From: Candidatus Methylomirabilis oxygeniifera
GTDB taxonomy: Bacteria > Methylomirabilota > Methylomirabilia > Methylomirabilales > Methylomirabilaceae
Length of the DNA stretch: 32,000 nt
Assembly: GCA_000091165.1 (NCBI GenBank)
Contig: FP565575.1
Coordinates: 960,001-992,000 of the forward strand
Reading direction: 5' to 3'
Below, one piece after another: positions 16,158-23,969 of this stretch. The notes under the pieces were generated by a model. That model was not told the origin of the DNA. It did no database searches and was given only the letters and a program-made list of their open reading frames with translations. Both the position numbers and the translations under genes were made by a program. Each line of letters starts with the position of its first letter. The stretch's first letter is position 1.

Positions 16158-16204
16158 TAGCTGACAGCGAGAGCAAAAACGTACAGAGGGATGAGCGGGG
16201 CGCC

Positions 16205-16885
16205 ATGCGCGGCATATTTGTGACCTTTGAGGGAGGCGAGGGGTCCGGGAAGACGACTCAACTCAAGTTGCTGGCAAATCGCATTCGCGCTTCCGGCAAA
16301 GAGGTCATCGAAACCCACGATCCCGGAGGCACCGCCATCGGCAAAGAGATTCGGACGCTTCTGCTCGATCCGGGATCGGCCCCCATCGCTTCCACTACGG
16401 AGCTGTTGCTGTATGAGGCCAGCCGCGCGCAGCTTGTCCGGGAGCTGATCGCACCGACGCTCCGGCAAGGGGTCGTGGTGCTCTGCGACCGTTTTACCGA
16501 TTCTACGCTGGCGTACCAGGGGTTTGGACGAAGTCTTGACCTCGATCTGATACAGCGGCTGAATCGGTGTGCCACCGACGGAGTTGTACCTGACCTGACG
16601 ATCCTGTTCGATCTCGACCCGGAGATCGGACTGACCCGGTGCAGGCGAGACACGAGCCTCGATGCTGTGACGGGGAGTGGTGCAGAGCCGGCGTGCTGGG
16701 ATAGGATTGAGGCCGAGCCGCTCGAGTTTCACCGGCGGATCAGAGAAGGATACCTTGCTCTGGCCCGGGAGAACCGGGATCGAATGATCGTTATCGATGC
16801 CGGCGTTGGCGTGACCGAGATCGAGACGATCGTGTGGAACCAGTTTATCCGTCTTCAGGGTCGTTGCGTCAATGCCGTTTCGTGA
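16205..16885 (+). CDS. tmk: Thymidylate kinase
   Basis: MRGIFVTFEGGEGSGKTTQ P-loop, DRFTDSTLAYQG and the LID region. The ATG at 16205 was chosen over the track start at 16154, which overlaps the selA stop. Confidence 0.92.
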   Translation: MRGIFVTFEGGEGSGKTTQLKLLANRIRASGKEVIETHDPGGTAIGKEIRTLLLDPGSAPIASTTELLLYEASRAQLVRELIAPTLRQGVVVLCDRFTDSTLAYQGFGRSLDLDLIQRLNRCATDGVVPDLTILFDLDPEIGLTRCRRDTSLDAVTGSGAEPACWDRIEAEPLEFHRRIREGYLALARENRDRMIVIDAGVGVTEIETIVWNQFIRLQGRCVNAVS

Positions 16886-17936
16886 TGTCATAGGACAGGC
16901 GCGAGCCATTGCGTTTCTTCAGCGAGCGCTTGTGACCGGGCGGGTCGCCCACGCCTATCTGTTTAGCGGGCCGTCTGGAATAGGTAAGCGGGCTGCCGCT
17001 ATCGCTTTTGCTCAGGCGCTCAACTGTGAAAAAGTGTTGAGTGTCGAGTTTGGAGTTTCGAGTGTTCCCCCAACCCCCAACCCCCAACCCCCAACCCCCG
17101 TGGACGGCTGTGGGAACTGCCGCGCCTGTCGCAACATCGCCAACGGACTGCATCCTGACGTACAGGTGATCGAACCGGACGGCGCGACCGTCAAGATTGA
17201 GCAGATCCGGACCCTTGAGGCCGACGCTGCCCTGGTTCCCTATGAGGCGCAGTGGAAGGTATTTATTCTCAACAGCGCGGAGCGAATGACGGAGCAGGCG
17301 GCCAATGCGCTTTTGAAGACCCTGGAAGAACCGGCCAGGGGAACAATGTTCATTCTTCTGACCGGTACGGTATCGGCCCTGCTCCCTACGATTGTCTCCC
17401 GATGCCAGATCGTGACCTTCTCCCCGCTCCCGCATGGACAGATCGAAGCCCTTCTAAGAGAGAAGGGGATGGAGTCGTCTCGAGCCAGGCTGATCGCCTC
17501 GTTAAGTCGTGGCAGTATCGAGCGCGCCTTCAGTCCGGAGGTAGCGTCCTTGCCCGCGACAAGAGATCTGCTGCTCGAAGGAGTCGGACGGGGGCTTCAC
17601 GATGGACCTGCCGCCCTCGTTGAACTGGCCGAAAAGCTGGCGAAGGATCGGGAGAAGCTTCAGCAACAGTTGGAAATCCTTTCGGCTTGGCTGCGTGATC
17701 TCATGGTCGCGAAGGCATCCGGACGGACGGATTGGCTCGTCAACGACGATCGCGGCGACGCGATTGCCCGCCAGGCGGAGGGCGCGCCCATGGACGCCAT
17801 CCTGGATGGGCTTCGCGCGGTCCATGCCGCGATGGACAACCTTGTTCGCAACGCAAATCCGCGGCTGTCGACGGAGGACCTTTTGCTTCGACTACGGGAG
17901 GTGCTTCCGTCCGGCCTGTTGGCGGTGTCGATATGA
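16872..17936 (+). CDS. holB: DNA polymerase III delta-prime subunit. It carries a 22-codon repeat-derived insertion in the zinc-module loop.
   Basis: HAYLFSGPSGIGK, CGNCRACR...HPDV and TIVSRCQ motifs. It overlaps tmk by 14 nt and the next gene by ATGA. Confidence 0.9.
   Translation: MPFRDVIGQARAIAFLQRALVTGRVAHAYLFSGPSGIGKRAAAIAFAQALNCEKVLSVEFGVSSVPPTPNPQPPTPVDGCGNCRACRNIANGLHPDVQVIEPDGATVKIEQIRTLEADAALVPYEAQWKVFILNSAERMTEQAANALLKTLEEPARGTMFILLTGTVSALLPTIVSRCQIVTFSPLPHGQIEALLREKGMESSRARLIASLSRGSIERAFSPEVASLPATRDLLLEGVGRGLHDGPAALVELAEKLAKDREKLQQQLEILSAWLRDLMVAKASGRTDWLVNDDRGDAIARQAEGAPMDAILDGLRAVHAAMDNLVRNANPRLSTEDLLLRLREVLPSGLLAVSI
17034..17099 (+). repeat. Tandem heptanucleotide repeat block inside holB: about 4.7 units of GAGTKTN followed by (CCCCCAA)x4 plus CCCCC
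   Basis: GTGTT GAGTGTC GAGTTTG GAGTTTC GAGTGTT CCCCCAA CCCCCAA CCCCCAA CCCCCAA CCCCC. This is exactly 66 nt and 22 codons, VLSVEFGVSSVPPTPNPQPPTP. Confidence 0.9.
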
Positions 17937-18832
17937 AAACAGTTCGAATCAACTTAGGAGAGACCGAATATCAGGATCAACACTACGATCCCCGAGGGGT
18001 AAAACTCCGGCCGGGCGATCAGGTGGTGGTCGAAACCACGTGGGGACAGGGGCTGGGCCGGGTTTTCTCCACCTTCCCACTCTATCCCGATCATAAGGCG
18101 ACGGAGCCGCTGCCGGCTGTCCTTCGGGTAGCCACTGCGCGGGATCGCGCCAATGAGGAACGGATCAGGCGTCTGGAATCCGACGGGAGAAGCTTCTGCT
18201 CGCGAAAAATTACGGAATTGGATCTGTCGATGAAGCTGGTCGATGTCAAGGCGAGTTTTGATCGGAGCCGGGTCACCTTCTATTTCTACGCCGACGAGCG
18301 GATCGACTTTCGCGTGTTGGTGAAGGATCTGGCGCAGCAACTTCATACCCGCATCGAGATGCGGCAGATTCGGGCCAGAGATGTCGGCAGCAAGTTGGGC
18401 TGCGTCGGCCCGTGCGGCCGAGAGCTGTGCTGCAAGACCTTCCTGAAGGAGTATGACCCGGTCTCGGTTCGAATGGCTAAGGATCAGGGACTTCCGCTAA
18501 ATCCGAGTAAGCTGGCGGGGATGTGCGGGCGGTTGAAATGCTGCCTTCGCTACGAGCACTCAATGTACGAGGAGATAAAGCGGCGTCTGCCCAAGATTGG
18601 CTCACCGGTCGAAGCACCAGAAGGGCTAGGGATTGTCAAGGCAAGAAACCTTCTGACCGAATCGCTGGTGGTCGAGCTGGAAGACGGCGTGCAGATTACC
18701 GTGAAGGCGGCTGATCTGATTCACATCGGTCCCCCTCTGGACGAGAACTCGCCCAGGAGCGGTTGCGGTGGCGGAGGCTGCAGTAGTGGCGGCTTCGGGG
18801 GTGTCGCTGCGCCGGATCGCAACAACTCATGA
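17933..18832 (+). CDS. PSP1 domain protein (YaaT/RicT-like)
   Basis: MKTVRINLGE...; FYFYADERIDFRVLVKDLA...IEMRQIRARD...CGRELCCKTFL...GMCGRLKCCLRYE. This gene usually follows holB. The track extension 17732-17932 lies inside holB. Confidence 0.88.
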   Translation: MKTVRINLGETEYQDQHYDPRGVKLRPGDQVVVETTWGQGLGRVFSTFPLYPDHKATEPLPAVLRVATARDRANEERIRRLESDGRSFCSRKITELDLSMKLVDVKASFDRSRVTFYFYADERIDFRVLVKDLAQQLHTRIEMRQIRARDVGSKLGCVGPCGRELCCKTFLKEYDPVSVRMAKDQGLPLNPSKLAGMCGRLKCCLRYEHSMYEEIKRRLPKIGSPVEAPEGLGIVKARNLLTESLVVELEDGVQITVKAADLIHIGPPLDENSPRSGCGGGGCSSGGFGGVAAPDRNNS

Positions 18833-20769
18833 GTGACCAGACCTTTTACCTGACGACCCCGATCTATTACGTCAACGCCACCCCGCATCTGGGTCACGCC
18901 TATACCACCATCCTGGCCGACACGATGGCCCGTTTCAAGAAGCTTCGGCTGGGGCCGGAGCAGGTCTATTTTCTCACCGGTACCGATGAGCACGGCGACA
19001 AGATCGTTCAGGCGGCTGCGCAGGGCGGCGAGAGCCCGCAGGCGTATGCCGACCGCATCAGCGGCATCTTTCAGGAGACATGGAAACGTCTGGGGCTGGC
19101 GCCGAATCAATTTATTCGCACCACCAGCGAACCTCACAAGCGTGCCGTACAGCGGTTCCTGCAACAGATCTACGATGCCGGGGATATTTATTTCGGAGAG
19201 TACGGCGGCCATTACTGCTTCGGCTGCGAGCGGTTCTACACCGAGAAAGAGTTGCAGGACAGCAAATGCCCCGATCATCAGACCGTCCCGGCCTTTATCA
19301 AGGAGCAGAACTACTTCTTTCGGATGGGGAAATATCAGGAGTGGCTGATCGACCATATCCACCGCCATGCCGACTTCATTCGACCGGAACGCTTTCGGAA
19401 CGAGGTCCTATCCTTTCTCAAAGAGCCGCTGGAGGATCTGTGTATCTCCCGGCCTTCGACGCGTCTGGAGTGGGGGATTCCGCTCCCCTTTGATGACCGG
19501 TATGTCACCTATGTATGGTTCGATGCGCTGATCAACTATATCTCTGCGCTGGACTGGCCAGATGGCGAGGCGTTCCGGCGTTTCTGGCCATCCGCCCAGC
19601 ACCTGATCGCGAAGGATATCCTGAAACCGCATGCCATCTACTGGCCGACCATGCTGAAGGCGGCGGGACTTCCGCCGTATCGACACCTGAACGTCCACGG
19701 CTACTGGAAGATCGAAGAGGCCAAGATGTCCAAGAGTAGAGGTTCGGTGGTCCGGCCCCTTGATCTGGCCGACAAGTACGGCGTCGATGCCTTTCGCTAT
19801 TTCGTGCTGCGAGAGATGACCTTCGGCCTGGATGCCGGCTTCAGTGAGGATGCGCTAGTGGCCCGGCTGAATGCGGATCTGGCTAATGATCTCGGGAACC
19901 TCTACAGCCGTGTGCTCAAGCTGATCCAGCGATACTACGGCGGTATCATTACTCATACGCCTGGTGATGGAGACCTCGCTGAGGCAGCGCGCGTCGCCGT
20001 CACAGATGTGATGGCCGCTATGGAGCGCTTTGCGTTCAGTGAGGCACTGGCGGCCATCTGGAACCTGGTCTCGGCCACGAACAAATACCTGGTGCACAAC
20101 GAACCGTGGAAGCGAGATCCCGGAGATCCTCAAACGAAAGCGATCCTGGTCACTGCAGCCGAGACTCTCCGTACGATCGCCACGCTTCTGTTGCCGTTTC
20201 TTCCCCAGACGGCAGACCGCATGCTCCGTGGTTTGGGTATCACCGAGCCGACCACTCCTCTTCGTTTCGAGACTGCGTGCCCGTCACCGTCACGAATCGA
20301 GGTGCAGGAGTGGCGCGTTCAAGAGGTGGAGTCGCTTTTTCCGCGCATCCAGACGACCGCTCCATGCCCGCAGTCTGCGGGGACAGACGCAAAGCTGTCT
20401 TGTGCAGGAAAGGAGTCGGCTACCGTGCCCGAGATCCCGCTCGAACAGATTACGATCGATGAGTTTCGGCGCGTCGACCTTCGTGTGGCGGAGGTGATCG
20501 AGGCAGAGGCGATCCGGGGCTCCAAAAAGCTGGTCAAGTTGCGAGTCCGCCTTCAGGATGAGGAGCGAATCGTCGTTGCAGGGCTGAAAGAACACTATCC
20601 GCCTGAAAGCTGGGCTGGAAAGCGGATCATTCTGGTGGCCAACCTCAAGCCCACTAGCCTGATGGGGGTGACGTCGCAGGGGATGGTGCTCGCCGCCGAA
20701 GACGAGGCCGGCCGGATCGTGCTGCTCACTCCGGAGGTACCTGTTGCCCCAGGTGCCAAGGTCCGCTGA
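18829..20769 (+). CDS. metG: Methionine--tRNA ligase with a C-terminal tRNA-binding (Trbp111/EMAP-like) domain
   Basis: YYVNATPHLGHAYT (HIGH motif), KMSKS, the zinc knuckle CFGCERF...CPDH, and a C-terminal RVAEVIEAEAIRGSKKLVKLRV domain. Confidence 0.95.
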   Translation: MSDQTFYLTTPIYYVNATPHLGHAYTTILADTMARFKKLRLGPEQVYFLTGTDEHGDKIVQAAAQGGESPQAYADRISGIFQETWKRLGLAPNQFIRTTSEPHKRAVQRFLQQIYDAGDIYFGEYGGHYCFGCERFYTEKELQDSKCPDHQTVPAFIKEQNYFFRMGKYQEWLIDHIHRHADFIRPERFRNEVLSFLKEPLEDLCISRPSTRLEWGIPLPFDDRYVTYVWFDALINYISALDWPDGEAFRRFWPSAQHLIAKDILKPHAIYWPTMLKAAGLPPYRHLNVHGYWKIEEAKMSKSRGSVVRPLDLADKYGVDAFRYFVLREMTFGLDAGFSEDALVARLNADLANDLGNLYSRVLKLIQRYYGGIITHTPGDGDLAEAARVAVTDVMAAMERFAFSEALAAIWNLVSATNKYLVHNEPWKRDPGDPQTKAILVTAAETLRTIATLLLPFLPQTADRMLRGLGITEPTTPLRFETACPSPSRIEVQEWRVQEVESLFPRIQTTAPCPQSAGTDAKLSCAGKESATVPEIPLEQITIDEFRRVDLRVAEVIEAEAIRGSKKLVKLRVRLQDEERIVVAGLKEHYPPESWAGKRIILVANLKPTSLMGVTSQGMVLAAEDEAGRIVLLTPEVPVAPGAKVR

Positions 20770-21563
20770 TGTTGATCGATACGCACGCTCACATCCAGAT
20801 GCAAGAGTTCGATCACGACCGCGCCGAAGCGCTCACGCGAGCCGAGGCTGCAGGGATCGGCCTGATGCTCGCGGTTGGCTATCACCTTGAGGCAAGCCGT
20901 CTGGCGGTAGAGACGGCACAACGCTATCCACAGGTCTACGCCAGCGTTGGTATCCATCCTCACGATGCCACACAGTACGATGAGAAGGCCGATGAGACTC
21001 TTCGAGCCTTCGCCAAGCAGCCGAAGGTCGTGGCTATCGGCGAGGCCGGCCTTGACTTTTTTCGCGATCGCGCCCCTCGCGCCGCGCAGGCCGAGGCGTT
21101 TCGCGGTCAGATTCGCCTGGCCCGCGAACTGGATCTGCCGCTTATCGTTCACGATCGCGACGCCCATCGCGAGACCATGGAGATTTTGGAAGCGGAGAAA
21201 GCCGAGCGCGTGGTCCTGCACTGCTTCTCCGGTGATTTCGCCATGGCCGAAATGGCTTGGCGGAACGGCTACTATGTCTCAATTGCCGGCCCCGTCACCT
21301 ATCCCAAGAACGAGACGCTTCGCGAGATCGTGCGGAAGGTCAAGACGGATTGCCTCGTCCTGGAGACCGACTGCCCTTTCCTGCCGCCCCAAACATTTCG
21401 AGGCCAACGCAACGAGCCGGCCCACCTCCTCCACACCGCCCAGGAGGTCGCGCGGGTTCTAAGTATACCGCTGACCGAGCTGGGTCGTCTGACCACCGAC
21501 AACGCCCGCCGGCTGTTTCGACTGCCTCCACCGGACGTGTGTAGAAAGTCCAACGCTTCTTGA
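20769..21563 (+). CDS. TatD-family metal-dependent hydrolase/DNase
   Basis: MLIDTHAHI, GEAGLDF, VLHCFSG and ETDCPFL motifs. The TGATG junction overlaps the metG stop. Confidence 0.9.
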   Translation: MLIDTHAHIQMQEFDHDRAEALTRAEAAGIGLMLAVGYHLEASRLAVETAQRYPQVYASVGIHPHDATQYDEKADETLRAFAKQPKVVAIGEAGLDFFRDRAPRAAQAEAFRGQIRLARELDLPLIVHDRDAHRETMEILEAEKAERVVLHCFSGDFAMAEMAWRNGYYVSIAGPVTYPKNETLREIVRKVKTDCLVLETDCPFLPPQTFRGQRNEPAHLLHTAQEVARVLSIPLTELGRLTTDNARRLFRLPPPDVCRKSNAS

Positions 21564-21569
21564 CATTTA

Positions 21570-21602
21570 CCGTTCATGGTTCGACAGGCTCACCGCGAAC
21601 GG
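21570..21602. repeat. Short palindromic repeat-element fragment just after tatD
   Basis: CCGTTC atggttcgacaggctcaccgc GAACGG. The reverse strand reads PFAVSLSNHER. This resembles a repeat peptide signature I have seen in many environmental genomes. Confidence 0.4.
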
Positions 21603-21726
21603 ATTGTAAAGGGGCTTATGACTCACTACACCAGGCGTTGCCATGTTGCGCCGGCATGACGAGACGTAGACGTGATGCTGTAAGGGGCGAACGCATCCGC
21701 CTGCGCGCGTTCAGCCGTCGATCCGG

Positions 21727-22842
21727 TTAGCCGGCGAATCGATCCGGGGAGAAAGGATCGAGGGGAAAGGGCGGTTTCTTGTCGAGAATCAGATCGGCGA
21801 CTAACTCTCCCGTGAGTGGTCCCAACAGGATCCCGCTTCGATAGTGTCCCGTCGCCACGACGAGGTTCGGAATATCCGCAAAGCGGCCGATAGCAGGGAG
21901 CCCATCCGGCAGTCGCGGACGCAGTCCCGCCCATACCCTGTCGAAAGGCGCAGTCATCAGAGTCGGCGCCATCGCCCCCGCAGCCTCACACAGCCCGGCT
22001 ACGCCTGCAAGAGTGGGGATCGACGCGAATCCCGCCTGCTCAACGGTGGTCCCGATCAGGAGTTCCCCATTGAGTCGCGGAACAAAATACCCCAAGGGAC
22101 CCCAGACGAGGTGAGTCAATGGCGGGCGTTCGAACCGAGTTCGAACGATCTGGCCTCGTACAGGTTCCATGGGCAGTCGGTGGCCGATGAGATCCAGGAG
22201 ACGGCCGGACCACGCACCGGCGCAGGCGACGACGGTGTCCGCCAGGATCGTCTTTCCGCCAACGTTGACGCCGCGCAGCCGGTCCTCGCCTAGAATGAAG
22301 TCGATCGCCTCGACGTTCTCAAGGATCTCGACGCCGCCGGCGCGCGCTCCAGCCGCCAGCGCGGATACGACAGTACAGGGGCGAATATGGGCCTCATCCG
22401 GAAAGTAGAGCGCGCCTCCGATCTCAGGATTCAGGATCGGCTCCAGGGCGTGCACCTCCCGCCCTGAAAGTTCCTCCACGCGCAGGCCGGCCGATCGCTG
22501 CCAGGCCGCTCGTCCTTTGGCGGCTTCGTGCTCGGTCGGATCGACGAGGTACAGCAGTCCCCATCGGCAATACTCAATATCCTCCCCGGTTGCATCCCGA
22601 AGCTCATCAGCCAGCGTCCGATAACGATTCCTCGCAGCGAGGCAAAGATCGAAAAATGGCCCTGGCGCTTCCGCCTCGCCCTGGGGTACCAGCATACCCG
22701 CAGAGGCCCGCGATGCCTCTCGCCCAAGCCGTCCACGCTCGATCAGGACAACACGCTTGACATGAGCGCGAGCCAAGGCGTAGGCAATAGCTACGCCGAT
22801 GACCCCGCCGCCGATGATGATGACATCCGCGCCTTTAGCCAT
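21727..22842 (-). CDS. thiO: FAD-dependent glycine oxidase ThiO-like oxidoreductase
   Basis: The N-terminal Rossmann motif DVIIIGGGVIGVAIAYALA, then SAGML, VWAGLRPRLPDGLPAIG and GHYRSGILLGPLTG, all resembling B. subtilis ThiO blocks. Confidence 0.7.
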   Translation of the reverse strand: MAKGADVIIIGGGVIGVAIAYALARAHVKRVVLIERGRLGREASRASAGMLVPQGEAEAPGPFFDLCLAARNRYRTLADELRDATGEDIEYCRWGLLYLVDPTEHEAAKGRAAWQRSAGLRVEELSGREVHALEPILNPEIGGALYFPDEAHIRPCTVVSALAAGARAGGVEILENVEAIDFILGEDRLRGVNVGGKTILADTVVACAGAWSGRLLDLIGHRLPMEPVRGQIVRTRFERPPLTHLVWGPLGYFVPRLNGELLIGTTVEQAGFASIPTLAGVAGLCEAAGAMAPTLMTAPFDRVWAGLRPRLPDGLPAIGRFADIPNLVVATGHYRSGILLGPLTGELVADLILDKKPPFPLDPFSPDRFAG

Positions 22843-22910
22843 AGCTATTGTGGGGTATCCTCAGAAGAAAAGGAATGATAAGCATCGTCATGCCGCGCGA
22901 ACAGAACCGC

Positions 22911-23189
22911 TCAGTGACGGTAAACGATATCTGGAAAAAGAACCAAGGTCATGGCGACGACCAACAACACCGGGATGATTGCCAGGGCATAAATCAGCCA
23001 ATTCTCAGATTTCAGGTGCATGTAGTTCAGCGCGACCAGCACAGCCTTGACGCCTGCAACAGCAAAGATCAGACCAATGACAGCCGACTTCTCCAGGGGT
23101 AACAGGGTGGCAAGGACCCCGACCAGCATCAATATGACCAGCCACACCCAGATGGTCACATAGTGTGGGCGAGCCAGTTCAGAAGTCAC
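22911..23189 (-). CDS. Cytochrome c oxidase subunit IV (prokaryotic COX4 family)
   Basis: 92 aa with three hydrophobic helices. GTG start is preceded by AGGAGA with 6-nt spacing. It lies downstream of subunit III. Confidence 0.75.
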   Translation of the reverse strand: MTSELARPHYVTIWVWLVILMLVGVLATLLPLEKSAVIGLIFAVAGVKAVLVALNYMHLKSENWLIYALAIIPVLLVVAMTLVLFPDIVYRH

Positions 23190-23257
23190 TTAGGATCTCC
23201 TTCAGATGTCAACATAACGGCTCACAAGAAGTCCGGAGCGAAACCTCCCGCCGCGGT

Positions 23258-23356
23258 CGTCATTGCGAGCGACCGTAGGGAGCGCGGCAATCTCAGCATT
23301 TTGAGCCCGCAAAGAACGGTGAGATTGCTTCAGTCGCTGCGCTTCCTCGCAATGAC
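23258..23356. repeat. 99-bp compound palindromic (REP/MITE-like) element inside the cox operon
   Basis: Outer perfect 11-bp inverted repeat GTCATTGCGAG (23258-23268) / CTCGCAATGAC (23346-23356). Inner perfect 8-bp inverted repeat GCAATCTC (23287-23294) / GAGATTGC (23321-23328). Confidence 0.8.
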
Positions 23357-23385
23357 CACCTGACGACCGTCGGAACAATACCATA

Positions 23386-23964
23386 TTAGTACGAAAGATA
23401 GAGTAGTGGAAAGAGGAATATCCAGACGATATCAACAAAGTGCCAGTACAACCCTGCGATCTCGGTGCGATAGCCGGTGCTCAACTCTCTTCGTGCCGCC
23501 AGCAACAGGATGATGTTCACGACAATCCCCGCAATGACGTGCAGCGCGTGCAGTCCCGTCAGCAGGTAATAAAAGGACCAAAAGGAACCGCTCCAGGGAG
23601 CCAGACCATCCGCAATGTGAGAGATGTACTCGTAGGCTTTGATTCCGAGAAATGCCAGCCCGAGCAGGATGGTGCACAGCAGAAATGTACGCACGCCACG
23701 CTGATCCGCCTTTTGGTAGGCGGCAAAGGCCATCGCCATCGTCATGCTGCTGGTCAGCAGGACAAAGGTGTTGACCGTCGCCAGGATCGCGCTCAGATGG
23801 GCGGCCTCTGCCGACCATCCCGGGCCGGCCGCCCGAGCCAGGATGTAACAGCTCAGGGCGCCGCCAAAGATCATAACCTCAGAGGCGATCAGCCACCAGA
23901 CGGCGATCTTGCCACGAAGCGCGGGAGAGGACTGTTCGGATACGACGACCATGTGCGTTGACAT
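23386..23964 (-). CDS. Cytochrome c oxidase subunit III
   Basis: KIAVWWLIASEVMIFG..., multiple TM helices and HVIAG...YWHFVDIVWIFLFPLLY. Start ATG 23964 follows TAGGAGAA, which overlaps the ctaD stop. ATG 24012 and ATG 23952 are alternatives. Confidence 0.85.
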   Translation of the reverse strand: MSTHMVVVSEQSSPALRGKIAVWWLIASEVMIFGGALSCYILARAAGPGWSAEAAHLSAILATVNTFVLLTSSMTMAMAFAAYQKADQRGVRTFLLCTILLGLAFLGIKAYEYISHIADGLAPWSGSFWSFYYLLTGLHALHVIAGIVVNIILLLAARRELSTGYRTEIAGLYWHFVDIVWIFLFPLLYLSY

Positions 23965-23969
23965 TTCTC

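Noticed and set aside
16154-16204. Track start of tmk at 16154, and similarly 17732 for the PSP1 ORF, 29767 for DUF748 and 31871 for mscL
   Set aside because: These extensions overlap upstream genes or lack an SD. Internal ATGs with good SDs begin exactly at the conserved N-termini.
17067-17099. CRISPR array or telomere-like end
   Set aside because: The 7-nt units are tandem with no spacers, lie inside an intact ORF, and are far from any sequence end. This is a microsatellite-type repeat, not a CRISPR array and not a replicon terminus.
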